DNA of 64,000 nt from assembly GCF_018350175.1 (NCBI RefSeq), contig NC_058368.1, positions 198,092,001 to 198,156,000 of the forward strand, in the 5' to 3' direction. The notes beneath the pieces are model-generated. The model was not told the origin of the DNA, made no database searches, and saw only the letters and a list, made by a program, of their open reading frames with translations. A program made the position numbers and the translations under genes. The stretch is from Felis catus. Taxonomy: Eukaryota. Positions 1 through 13,372 of the stretch are shown here, piece after piece (positions within the stretch are counted from its first letter, which is position 1; every line of letters starts with the position of its first letter).

Positions 1-1933
1 CATGCTGATCAAGAGCATACATTTTGTAAGATGAGTACAAACAGGTAAATCAGGCACTGGAACCCCAATCCAGAGATACCGACCAAAATTTACCTTGAAT
101 TAACAGACCTTATTTTCTTTTCTCTAAGATACATGCGTCTTATCCTCTATTTTTGTCATCAAGGAGAATTGAAATCTAGAGCTATTATGCTTGGTAGATT
201 GCAAGAGAGTCCTACCAAGCTGGTGTTTTTTAGCATAAGACAGTGGGAAAAATAATAAACAATTTTATAATTGTATATTATATCTTATACTTCAAAAATA
301 TAAGTGAAGTGTCTTAAATTATTTCCAAAGTTCTCTTTACATGATCACTGATATCTTTTCAGTTCTTATGTCTGTGAGGAAGGCAGGTCAATTATACTCA
401 CATTACAACTGAAGAAACAGGCTCAGGGATGTTAAGTAATTGATCTAAGGTCACACAGCATGCAACTGGGACCAAATCATTTGCCTGACCTGAAATTCCT
501 TGTTTGTTAACAAATACATTGCCAGAGCACAGCCTTTGAAAAAGATCCTGTTTTCACTTCACAAGGGTGCAGCACTGGTGAAGGTCTTCTGAGTGTCAAA
601 TAAGCAGAATTAACAAAACCAGTTCAGAGCAGCGACTTCCTGTTGCAGAGTCCCACGGGCGAGACAAGGAGCCAGATCAAGAAAAGCCACGTAATAAACC
701 AAACTTGTTAATTCCAGCCAAATGTCCCTATGAATTTTCGAGTCGTCTTTATCACCGCTGATGTGCCTTAGATCCCTCACAAGCCACTTTTCCAAACTGT
801 AAAGTGGACCTGATGATGCCAGCTCCCTACTGTGTCCCAGTGATGTTGGGAACATAAAGAAAATAATGTGTGACACCCGGAAGTGGTTTGAACTCTGAGG
901 AGGAAATGAACTGTGTAAAAGACAGAACTTCATTTCTGGAGGGGTCAGGGGCATGGTGAAAAACATCTGTGGGCTGATTGTTTCTGTGGAGTGAGGACTC
1001 ACATCCACATAGGTCCTTGCAAATGACAGGGCATTTTCAACTGAATTTCCAGGGAGGTGGCCGTCAGTCTTGTTTTGTGGATAAAGACCTGCTGGAGATG
1101 ACCGAGTTAGCAGGTGGCTGCGTCAGTTCTTAAACCCTTATGTGCCGGCCCCAGGCTCCACGTTGCTTTTAACCTGATCACATGCCTGCCCTGCTTTGAG
1201 AAGTCTCTGGGGTTCAGGAGTGCTAAGCGGCAAGCTGGCTGTGCAGAGGGGGGAAAGGATTTAGCCATATACCTTGCAATTTGACATGGGTGAGATTTAG
1301 TTCAGTCGGGAGGACCAGTCTCCTAACTCTTCCTTGTAGCTGACCTGGAAACTTCTGAGAATCAATTTGGTTCATAGTAATGAGTTATTCGCTTTTGGCT
1401 TTTGGACCAAGGCACCGGTTAATAGTATCATTTGTTATTATATTCAGGATCCTGGATTTGAGAACAGTGAGCTGTGTAACATGATGAGCTCGGCGATCCA
1501 ATTCATTTCTGGGTGTTGGTTTTGTTCTGTTGAGTCTGCTGTGGGGAGAGCCGTGTTTGCTTTGGATGGCTTTTGCAGCAGCTGTGCCGGGCTGAGAGAG
1601 CGTGAGGTGATGCTCAGCGCGGGACTGGCTTCGCGAATTAGGGAACGTGTGGCCTGCTTTTGCTACGGGGTGTTCAGTGGTCCTCATTGGTTGCTCTCGG
1701 AGGTGCTGTTTTTTGAGCACAGAGTTTTTGTTTTCTTTCATCCATCCTCTCTCTTTTGATCCTCCAATATTTTGGGAGACCCTTATAGAACAGCTGTCTG
1801 TCCAGAGACCGTGGGTGGTTGGTTCTCTCAATTCTCTCAATGGGGCTGTTTTTCCTTTACCAGCCTAAACACCTGCTTGGTCACTTTCATTAGCCACGCC
1901 CTCTAAAGCCACGCCACTCAAAACGTGGCCCCA

Positions 1934-2155
1934 GGGGCGCCTGGGTGGCGCAGTCGGTTAAGCGTCCGACTTCAGCCAGGTCACGATCTCGCGGTCCGTG
2001 AGTTCGAGCCCCGCGTCGGGCTCTGGGCTGATGGCTCAGAGCCTGGAGCCTGTTTCCGATTCTGTGTCTCCCTCTCTCTCTGCCCCTCCCCCGTTCATGC
2101 TCTGTCTCTCTCTGTCCCAAAAATAAATAAACATTGAAAAAAAAAAAAAAAACAA
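1934..2155 (+). mobile_element. Young CAN-SINE (SINEC_Fc type)
   Basis: GGGGCGCCTGGGTGGCGCAGTCGGTTAAGCG head, CT-rich region, AATAAA and polyA tail. TSD aaaacgtggcccca on both sides. Confidence 0.95.
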
Positions 2156-2794
2156 AAAACGTGGCCCCAGAACTGTCTCAGTCTGTGACCTGTTGGTTAC
2201 CTATCTTGGGTAAACTGAGGATAGAAATTGAGAGTCAGTTTAGAAGCTCTTTATGGCCATTTACTGGGGCTCCATACTGCTTAATTTTAGTTAATGAAAT
2301 GCTCTTTCATATCTGTTCCATCTAATCATAAAATAGGGCATATTTTTTTATGCCTATTATAAAATTTAATGTTTCTATTCACTTGTGTTACACTGAATAG
2401 AAGTATCAGTCCACAATGGACTAAAACTGAAACCAAACAAATTAACAAACAAAAAGCCAAAACAAAACAAAAACCCAAAACACACCTAGTCTTCCCTGAA
2501 GGTAGTTTGACCGCTGCTCTGTAGACACAGCTACAAAGCAGATCTGTTTCAAGCTTTTTCTGTCTCTTCCCTCTTAGCCTCCTTTGAAAAAATTTCCCAA
2601 CACCAAGGCTTCCGAGACTCCCCTGGCTGTCCCATCCTTCTCAGCCCCAGGCATGTGAGATCCGGATTAGGCAGAATTCCCCTGGGTCCTTCCTTTATGG
2701 CCCGCCACCCTACTAGCCTTGACTTCTGTTCAGTAATGGTTTAGCTCATTTGAGAAATGAATCTGCCAACAATTATGATGAAATTATGGCAGTT

Positions 2795-3031
2795 TTTTTT
2801 AAAAAACATTTTAATGTTTATTTATTTTTTGAGAGAGAGACAGAGACAGAATGTGAGCGAGGGAGGGGCAGAGATAGAAAGAGAGAGAGACACACACACA
2901 GAATCTGAAGCACGCTCCAGGCTCTTGAGCTGTCAGCACCGAGCCCGATGTGGGGCTTGAACCCACAAGCTGTGAGATCATGACCCGAGCCGAAGTCAGA
3001 TGCTTAACTGACTGAGCCACCCAGGCGCCCC
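2795..3031 (-). mobile_element. CAN-SINE
   Basis: Reverse-strand SINE ending ccaggcgcccc. TSD gaaa(t/c)tatggcagtttt. Confidence 0.92.
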
Positions 3032-3729
3032 GAAACTATGGCAGTTTTGAAAATTGGATGGAACGGCCATTGGGGTGCTGTATGATGACATCATGTCCAA
3101 AGGTCCCAAGGCAATATATACGCAGCATCAGATTTCAGCCGTCCCTGCCGGAGACTTCTTAAAATAAATGATCTTGAGAAGAATCATTAAGGAAAGCAAA
3201 GTACCCCTTGACTCAGACCTGGGCTGGGGCTTTGGCCTGAACCTCAAGGGCAGAGGTTTTTCAGTGGTCTCAGTAGTCAACTGTTTCTCTTTGACAGAGA
3301 AACTGGGTGACCTGGGTTGCAGCACGTGCAGCACTGGTTTTTCCTAAGCTACTTAAAACCTTCAGAGACCTCCCCTTGGTGGATCGGTGGTGGGGTGGGA
3401 GAGTGGGATGGTAGGAAATTTATCATGCCTTCCTCCATCTTAACTTTTCATCAAAACATATTTTGCCTCTGAATCACCTTCCTTTCTCAAACATGAATAT
3501 ATTTCCTACCCACCACTGCTGAGTTAAGTAACACAGTAGGCCTTTCACCTCCTCCTCCCTTAATTCCAAGTCAGCTATGGAACAACGAACAACGTCAGGG
3601 GATGAGAAGGGCAGTGGGTAAATACAAGATCTTGGCATAAAGAGCACCCACAGGAAAACACTTGACAATGGCAGAGGGGGCTCCTAGTGCTCCTGGAGCT
3701 GGCTGCCTGGTCAGACACTGTCTTTACTT

Positions 3730-3786
3730 TCTTTTTGTTTTCTTTTTTTATCTTCTTTTTCTTTCTTTCCTTCTTTCTTTCTTTCT

Positions 3787-3825
<39 letters not shown>

Positions 3826-4280
3826 CTTTTTTTTTTTTTAATTTTTTTTTTCAACGTTTATTTATTTTTGGGACAGAGAGAGACAGAGCATGAACAGGGG
3901 AGGGGCAGAGAGAGAGGGAGACACAGAATCGGAAACAGGCTCCAGGCTCCGAGCCATCAGCCCAGAGCCCGACGCGGGGCTCGAACCCACGGACCGGGAG
4001 ATCGTGACCTGGCTGAAGTCGGCCGCTTAACCGACTGCGCCACCCAGGCGCCCCTCTTTTTTTTTTTGAGAGAGAGACAGAGAAAGTGTGAATAGGGAAT
4101 GGGGGAGGGGCAGAGAGCGAGACAGAGACGGAGACAGAGACAGAGAGAGAAAATCCCAAGCAGGCTCCATGCTGCCAGGGCAGAGCCTGATGCAGGGCTT
4201 GAACTCACAAAACATCGAGATCATGATCTGAGCCAAAACCAAGAGTTGGCTGCTTAACTGACTGAACCACCCAGCCTCCC
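3730..4280 (-). mobile_element. Nested CAN-SINEs: young element (about 3830-4054) inside the tail of an older one whose tail became (TTTC)n
   Basis: Two reverse-strand SINE bodies. Outer TSD gacactgtc(t/c)ttactt at about 3714 and 4282. (TTTC)n at about 3760-3826. Confidence 0.88.
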
Positions 4281-5547
4281 TGACACTGTCCTTACTTATC
4301 TCAGCTGGGTCTCCAGGCCACAAGCTGCCCTTCTGTGACATCTCTTTTTCTTTTCTTCTTCAGGGTGGCTTTTGAGGTTCATTTTCACTGAGCTGAAATG
4401 TTGTGGGAGACATGAAGAAAGTTCCACATGGGGTGGTCCCTGTGATGTCCTGGACCTGATGCAGATCCAGAAAATCTTGCACTCACACTGTCTGCAATCT
4501 TTGTCCTAAAAGATTTACACATGTGAAAATCCTTTCACCAGGGATGACTGCCAAAGGAAGGTTTGTAGCCCTGACCTCTCTTCCCGGCACCAAGCCTGTG
4601 GGGACACTGGCCTTGCACAGAGGAATTGAGGACTTTTGAGCCTGGTGGGGTTTTAGGGAAAGAACTTGGGTCGGTATGTAGGTCAAGTCAAGGAAAGAGC
4701 CAGGTGATAAAAATCAGAAGAAAGGTGGAAGCAGGAAGGGAAGGGAAGGAAATAAACATGGAAGAGAAAGATGGAAACAATCATCTGAGGACGGAAGAAC
4801 ATGTCCATTTATATTTGAACATCTCAGATACTGTGGTGTGTCCCAAGCCAAATATGTCATCCTTCTACGACTGAAACAGATCTTTAAAAAGGACTTGTGT
4901 TATTATTTTCAAAGCAAGTCAGTTGTTGGAACTAATCACAAGGGTTTCATAAAATAAATAAAGTCACAACAGACAAAATGGTAGGTATTTCAAAGGGGAT
5001 GATCAGAAACAATGCTTTGGCCTAGCTGGAACTCAGAAAAATCAATTGTTTCGTTTAGATGAGGTCAAGTAGAAATTGTCACATACACTAGTTCTAAGTA
5101 TGATAGCAATACTCTTACCAACGGTTGATGGCTGACCAAACAATACACATGCACACACACACGTGCTCTTGAACTTCTCCATCCCCTGCCCCGACTATCA
5201 CTGAATCCCTATCCTATTCTTTCTCACAAACAAATTCCGGGTGGATCAAAGACTGTCTATGAAAAAATGAAATAGTTATAAACCTAAGTGAAATGCAGAT
5301 TTAAAATACCGTTTGAGAGAGGAACGTACAAAGGACCATCAATGCTAGAGCGTAAAAAGTTTTATGACTTACGTAAGGGAAACGATAGGTAACATCCAAA
5401 GACATTCCAAAATGTTTGTCATTTGTATTGAAAAACATCCCTCCCAATAATATCTTTAGTATATGAAGTTGTCTTACAGGTCAATCAAAAAAGGTAAGAG
5501 TAGTAATAAGTGGGTTCAGTTGGTGAGCAAATCAATATAAATACAGA

Positions 5548-5727
5548 GAGTGCCTGGGTGGTGGCTCAATCAATTAAGCATCTGACTCTTGATTTCAACT
5601 CAGGTCATGATCTCACAGTTGGTAAGTTTGAGCCTCATGTCAGACTCTGTGATGCCAGCATGGAGCCTGCTTGGGATTCTCTCTCTCCTTCTCTCTGTCT
5701 CTCAAAAATAAATAAACATTAACAAAT

Positions 5728-5765
<38 letters not shown>
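5548..5765 (+). mobile_element. Older CAN-SINE with (TA)n tail
   Basis: gcctgggtggtggctcaatc...catggagcctgcttgggattctctc...aaaataaataaacatt followed by (TA)n. Confidence 0.85.
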
Positions 5766-5771
<6 letters not shown>

Positions 5772-8700
5772 AATAAAATAATACTTTAGTTAGGTGTCTT
5801 CAATAGGGACCTATCAATAATATTTTAAGTAATTATTTAAAATTATATTTTAAAATCTTGGTGATTATAGGATAAAAAATAAAGCACATTGCACAGTTTT
5901 TGAAAGCTTAGTAAGTATAAATTTGATATGCTAACAGCATAACAACAATAGCATGTACTGATGAAAAGACCACTGGGCTAAGAAGAGAGAAGTCAACAAA
6001 GGCAGAATCTACTAAATTCTCAAGGTTGACAGGTCAGTTGATGGATTTTTAGCAATGGTGTAATTGTGATATTTCTTTTAGATCTTGAACTGTAAATCGT
6101 CCTTCCTTCTACTGATTCCTTAGTTCACCTCTTCTTCTCTCCAAAGTCCAAAATACATTCTATTCTCACCAGAATTTTGAATCACCGACCTTCTTGCAAC
6201 GTGGCCATGTCCACTAGCTCTCTTCTACACACACCTGACCTCTTTTCAGTCTAAACATGACAGTCATGCTAACAAGGCCCATATATCAACTCCAGGTTTC
6301 TCTACTCTCTTAACTTTCCTATGGAACTGCCCAACTACACAGCCCCCTTACCGTTTGCTTTCTCAGATGCTAGGTTAAAGAGTGCTGATGCAGAAATCGC
6401 GGTCCCCAAGTGGGCTACCCCACCAACTTAAGAGCAGGGTGTTCACTGCACTCTAGAAAGTCTTTCCCTCATCTCTTATCCATTCTCTAGGTCACAGGCC
6501 ACAGGACACCATACCCTTTCCATACCTTCTTCATCTTCCCCAGGACCCCGTTTCCCACTTTACTGGATTCCATCATGCTACCTTGTGCTTCAGAAGAAGT
6601 TGAAGGAGAATCTGTCTCTTTAACTGATGCTCTTTTCTTCCTGGTCAAGTGGGAATACCTCTGTAGAGGGACACCTCTATTCTTTACCCCATCTCCTGGG
6701 GACTTTATCTTTTAATTATTCTTCATACAGCAACTTGAATTTCTACTTGTTCACTAGCTCATTCCTTCAATATTCAACCGTCCATCCACCATCCATCCAT
6801 CCCTACATTAATTTTGTTTATGAGCTTACACAGACCTATCTATTCATGAAAGATATTCACTTGAACATGTTCGCTCCTCAGTTAATTATTCCTTTTCTTT
6901 CCTGCTTTCTTTCCGAATCAATTTCTTACGGTCTCTTGTCATCCTGACAAATTGGTTTTATTTCTCACTTCACTAGTGAAACGTATTTTCAGTGACTCTT
7001 GTTGGCTTTTCTCAGTCCTCATTCTTTTTGATTTCTTTGCATCCTTTTACTCTGCTGACTATCTTTTCCTTGAAGCATCCTCTATCCCTGACTCCTGATA
7101 CCCTGTCTTTATATTTTTCACCGCTTTGATCACTATGTGTCTCTTTACTGCCACTTCCTCTTCCTGTTCTCCAACTTCTTTCTCGAAGTCTCTCTACTCG
7201 CTTCAGCCCAGCCTTTTCCAGAGTGTGTACCCATAGCACTAGCCATAGGTGCGATGATGCAGTTGTCCTGAAGCAAAAAGCATTCTGTTGTCCAAGCAGC
7301 TTCCGCAACAAATAGGCAATTCAACAAAGTCAAGTGTAGTTCTGGTCTTTAGGACTTCTTTTAGCCTTTAAATGGTAATGTGCATTGTTCAAACCCAGGG
7401 CGATATGTAGAACTAGAGAATGTTCAGTTTCTCAAACCTACTTTGCCACAGAACATTTCTTTTTACAGAATGTCTCAGGACACCTGAATTCTATAGAACT
7501 CATGATGGAAAAGAGTGCACGTCTTCAGTCTTCCACCTTGACCTCTCTTTATAATATTGCTTCAACAGCTTTTTCTTCTATGGCTCTCCTGTAGCCTCTC
7601 CTGCTCTCTTCCACATGCTGCGTTTCCTGATCATTCCAAGTGGAAGTGTTTTTCCCTCTTCCAAAAGCAAGAGGAAGGCTTAGACTTAATATTTCACATC
7701 TGGCTTGATATTATTATATTTATCATATCCAGCATATTCATCTGAGATCGTTAGCTTCTTGAGAACTGTGTCTATGCCCTTGGTACCAGCGAGAAAGGAT
7801 TTCAGTTGCAAGTAGCAAAAATCTCATCCCAGAGGGACTTAAACAACAAGGAAATTCACTTTCTCATATAACAAGAAGCTCACGGGTAGGACAGCGCCAA
7901 GGTTGATTAATTCAGGAGTTCAATGTTACTATCAAGACTCAAGTGTGCATCCTCAGTCCTTGTGTTCACTCACGCCATGACCCCAGGCGTCCCTTTTGGG
8001 TACAAGGTTAAAGGGAAGATTAAAGTACACAGCATTTCCTGCAGGTGTATTTTAGGATGCCACGCCTTTCCCGGAAGCACGCAGGCACATTTCCCTCCCA
8101 CAAATTAGGGGTTCTGTTGGCAAGGTGGGAATGGGCAGAAGGGAATTTATATCTCAGTGTCTTGCTCCACTCCTCACAGAGAACAATGCACACTCTACAG
8201 ACTTGCTAAGTGAACAAATGAACAGATGGACGGTTGTGCCAAGTAATGTGTTTAGTCAAGATTTTATAACTTGTTACCTGTTGATTACTTTTCCTGACTT
8301 TTTAGGAAGAAGACTCAGCATTTATCTAAGAAGGAATATTCATAGGTGAGTAGTTATAGTTGCTAACTCCATATTTGAAACATTAAAGCTTTTGTCCTCC
8401 CTATACTCTTTATATCAGTAATATCAGGAACAAGGAATAGAATAGAGCCATTTTGAGTAAATGTCTCCAAGGGAGTTCATAGTGCTAAAATCAAAATAAC
8501 ATAAAATAGATTCTAAATTAAGATTTTCATTGTTCTCATCAACAAAATTACAACGTTGGGAAGCTTCTTTTTCTTTTCCCTCATATTCAAGATAGCAACC
8601 ATATTACATTGTAAGGGATTTGATGCCAATAGTTGAATCAGTCTGTATTTTAATTTAGTATTTCCTCCAGACATTCTTTGAACATGTGTCAACAGGAAAG

Positions 8701-8799
8701 AACATGTTTCAAAATCCACTTCTACTCATTTATCTCCTAATAAACAAAGTTTGAATATGTCTTTTAGTTCTTTCGATGCTTTCTGAAATTTGCCAAACT

Positions 8800-8837
<38 letters not shown>

Positions 8838-10569
8838 CAACACCAAAAACCAAACAACTCTCAGAACTGGTGAAGGCCAAATTCCAAAGAAGGTAAAATT
8901 GACCACGGGGACCCTTCCACCTCCACTGTCAGTATCGTCATTTCTCTTAACGATCCTCATCCATAAGGACTTATAGTCAGCAAATACCTGCCAACATCTC
9001 ACAGCTCAAAAATATTTTAAGGTGTTGCCTCTTTGTAGCGTGTTCTCATTTTATTTAATGTTTCTTAAGTGATAATAATAAACTGTACACATTCAGAGGC
9101 AACATCTTTAATGATGGGCTGTCAGGGATGGTGGCAGGAATGAAGAAGGTTTGGGTAGAGATATGCCTTGCTCTGCTTAAGTCACACCACATTGGCCTCA
9201 GCTACTCTGGGTAAGTAACGGGTTGGCTCTGGACAGATTTTGTTTTTGCATATTATTGGGAAACCGATAAGCCAGAGGCCCCTGAACTGCCAATGCTGAG
9301 ATGTCTATAACTGTTATTACAACTAGAAGTGTTAAGGCACATGTGTTTCTGCCCAATGTGTGTGTAGGTTGTGCGGGAGGTGGCCAGAGAAATATTTTAA
9401 AGTTCGGATTTCAACCAGAGAGTACTCTTCTCACTAGAATGAGTTTTGAATGCTTCTCTGAAAAAGCAAGAAGGTGAAGAGTGAGGTCCCAGGAACTATG
9501 GGCTTCCGATTCAGGGACTGTAGTCACACACACAGAAAAGCCATTTCCAGGTAATACATAGCAATTATAGAGGAAACTGGGCAGTGGGATAGCACGGCAT
9601 TAAAGAAGAAGGCCCTTCTCTGAGTGACACTGCCCTTGTTTTACTAATTTCCAGACACCTGCTGTAAGGACAAAGTCTCATGCAGTCAGAAGTCTTAGAC
9701 AAGTGTCCTTGTGACTCACTTGACAGGATCCAGGCCAGCAGATCACAGCACCTACTGAAAGATTCAAAGACACCAACTCAACCGAAGCCTAGGATGCTTG
9801 GTGTGGGATCTAAATCATGGTGCTTAGTATTCTATAAGATGAGGAGGCTTTTAATGATTCATAGTTCAGGGAAGAATAAAAACTCTCTTAGCAGACCAGT
9901 CACCTTTCCATCCCAGACATCTAGAACAGTGTTCACTGTTTGCTCTTTAGGCTTTCATTTTGTGAAGGTGTCAGAAGAGATCCACAGAAAGAAGAGACCA
10001 GTAATGAGAAAGGTCATGTGCATCCAAATGACCAATCCTCTTGAAGAGAAGGATTACAAAAAAAAAAATGGATATAAAATCTTTTGGTCAAAACCAACAT
10101 ACGGTATATCTATTATTTTATCTTAAAAAAAGAATTTTCTGGGGGAAAATCTCTTCATACTCAAGTTTTAAACTACTAATAATTACCACTGTCAACAATT
10201 GGCATCCAGAACTATATTTTTAGCTTATTAAATACAAGATTTCGGTTCCAATGGGAAAACAAGGAATATAAGAAGTAGGAAGCCAGAATTTTGCCAAATG
10301 CATCAGAACGAAGCCAAGACTCCATAATCATTTAGCAGTGAAGGCTTAGTCTTTGCGGACATTCATTTCCTAGACAGAGAATCGAGTCCTGGACACAAAA
10401 CAAGGTCAACATGGAACGTATACAGAAGGATTATCTGAATATGGACAATGCTAGTAGGAGACAAGGGACAGTTCAGATAAGTATATGACAGGGTTTATTG
10501 TTTTCTCCAATACATTAGTAAACACAAAGTTTAAGCTTGAACACTTAGCAGTAATACTATTTAGTTGAG

Positions 10570-10606
<37 letters not shown>

Positions 10607-13142
10607 TATATGTGATTTTCAAGGTAACTGCTTAGTAAACAACATAATTGGACTTAACCATTATCAACAGATCCTTTTATAGTTTCAAGTTCTGAGTTAA
10701 AGAAATAGCCTATGTGGAGTTACTTATCCACCTGAATCAGAAGTCCTAATTCTGGTGCCCATAATGTGTGGTGCCTATCTTTCAGGATGTTGTTTCAACA
10801 AAGCATATTTATGTCTGTTTGGACCACAAGTGTGAAAATCACAGGATATTATTGCTGAAAGATACTGTTTCGATCAGACCCTGGCAGGAAACAGAATGTG
10901 ACTCGGGTGGTTCAAATGAAGAGACTTTCATGAAGGGACTACTCACAGATGTGTGGGGAAGGCAAAGGACTTGAGCGTGCAGGGACGCAACAGCAGGGAG
11001 CCCCTGCGACTTCTGGTGGTCCATGAGATCTCAGCTGTGGAGGAAGGTGCCCAACCGGAGCTGTAAGCATGGAAGGACACAGCCCCCACCATAAAGGCAG
11101 GCCAGAGCAGGGAAGGAGTAGGGAAGAAAGCCAAAACCTTCTCTCCTCCTCTGATCAACCCAACAGAAACTGGAAGGCAACTCAACCCAACAGAAACTGG
11201 GTGAGGTAGATCATGGAGGGCATGAAACACAGAAGAAAGAGGCAGAGACTAGATTTGGGGTGGGTGGGACAAACGGTGGAAAGCCACCTAGTACCTTAAA
11301 AATCTGTCCTTTGTGCTCAGACGGTCCATAGACAGGGCCCCAGGGGGGCAGAGTAGGTAGCAGGTGTGTGACTATATGAACCAGCTTACACCTGCTAGAG
11401 AGAAGTGTTCACTTGTTAAAGGTGAGCAGGCTGGCCTCTCCGTGGACACTTGGATGCCCCAGTGCTTAGAGCAGTTAGTCCTGGTCAGCCCATGATCATG
11501 CCAGGAGAGGGGCTGATGCTTCCCCAACCACCAATGCTTCTAAGGAAATTCTGCAGCTGGCTTGTGGCATCTCGGTCCTCAGCCAGGAAAGACCAGTCTC
11601 TCCCCAAGCACAGATGCCTGAGTTGAGGAACTGACATGTCTCGTTACTCGTGTGTGCAGCCTCTGATGGCACCAGGTGAGAAGCTGGTGGTCCCAAATGA
11701 CGCAGCCCAGAGTATAGATCTGTCTGGCTCTTGGTGCACTGCTCTAGGATGGGCCACAGGGAACGTGATCTCGTCTCCCCAGTGAACTCTGCTCTGTCAG
11801 ATCTGGTGCATGTGTACTTCTTTGCCAGTTGCCCTTGTTTACAAGAAACCCAGGCAGGAACCGACAGGGTAGCGTGGGTGGCAGCAAGGCTCCCACAGCA
11901 GACGTGGAGAGTCCCCTTGTTCCCAGCAGGTCAGCCAAAATCTTTTTTAAACAACTGCATACCCACTCATGAGGCCAAGATGACTGTGCAAAGCTCATCT
12001 GCATTGTTTTGCAAAGCGAGGTGATCCATGGGATGGATACTGACTGTCGTGACCCAGTATGTGTGACATTACTCTGGCACCTGACCTGTGGCTGGTGGGC
12101 AGACATCATATCGGGACAAAGAATTAAACAGGAAAGCAAAATACATGTGCCCTTTGAAAACAGTTACATAAGCGTCCTCAAATAAATAAGTAACGTTTAT
12201 TTGTGGTGCACTGCGAGTTGCTCAATGCCATCTGCATTTATTTTTGATGGCTTGACCCACTGCTCAGTTATGTCTTTAATCTCTTCATCACAAGGAAGGG
12301 TTCGACTTCCATACATTTTGTTGTTAAGAAAAACGTCGCTTCTTCTTGTTCTGCTGAAGTCCACTTTGTCAGGGATCCAAGTGCTTAGAGCAACTAAATC
12401 TCCTGTTGACTCCTCCTCTCAACTCAATCCCTGAAAATTAGTTGGAACAGATTAGAGCGAGCCCTCTGACAGTCTTTTGGTTTGAGAGGGGCAGGAGCTG
12501 GAAGGCTCATCTGTTCTTTGATCCTCTGTGACTTCTCTGATCCTGGGAGTCGGGATGACTCATCTCATGCAAAGTCTGGTTGTTCTGCCCCCCTGGAAAC
12601 TTCAGACTGTGATAAATAAAGCCCGTTCCTAGCCGCCTTGACCTTCAGCCTTGCAGCTGTATTCTGCAGACCCCAGAGCCCGCCCCCCACCCTCCCCAAA
12701 CCCTGGACCAATGCTGAGATCTTTCTACATGTACAAGGCCATGCCTACAAAAATAAACTGCTTTAACACTTTGGGGCTAAACTGACTTTTTACTGTATAA
12801 ATTAAGCTTCATCCACACTTGTTCCCCCCAGTAAATAAATGGCATCAGACAGGTTAGTGGGTTGCCATACAGCCTGAGCATCTGTCACTTCCTGGGGACC
12901 TTCTCTCTCCCGTCTTTTTCCATTGTGTACATCCAGTTGGGTGCTCTGAGACCAGGAATCATGGGGTCATGGAGATCCATGGCAGGAGGAGACATCTGGT
13001 AGAGCCCCAGCCCAAGGCCACCGTGTTATTAACCCATTTTGAGCGCTCACTGCTTGCCAGGAACTGGGCTCCGTGTGGCAGTTCCACCCTGTGACCCACA
13101 TTCTTGTGTGTTTCTGCGCCTAGGGACATCAAGGCTCACAGA

Positions 13143-13372
13143 TTTTTTTTTTTTAATTTTTTTTTCAACTTTTTTTTATTTATTTTTGGGACAGAGAGAG
13201 ACAGAGCATGAACGGGGGAGGGGCAGAGAGAGAGGGAGACACAGAATCGGAAACAGGCTCCAGGCTCCGAGCCATCAGCCCAGAGCCTGACCCGGGGCTT
13301 GAACTCACGGACCGCGAGATCGTGACCTGGCTGAAGTCGGACGCTTAACCAACTGCGCCACCCAGGCACCCC
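13143..13372 (-). mobile_element. Young CAN-SINE
   Basis: Near-consensus reverse-strand SINEC_Fc. TSD aaggctcacagattt. Confidence 0.95.

Noticed and set aside
610..1840. 130-151-aa ORFs near the window start as possible GZMK exons or a new gene
   Set aside because: No serine-protease motifs or signal peptide, they overlap on both strands, and I see no coherent splice structure.
1890..2137. Recurrent ORFs (GQRETEHERGRGRERGRHR..., AQSVKRPTSAQVMIS...) resembling a paralogous peptide family
   Set aside because: All map to CAN-SINE copies and are translations of the repeat consensus.
9680..10126. 148-aa ATG-initiated ORF
   Set aside because: No recognisable homology or compositional signal. This length can arise by chance in 64 kb.
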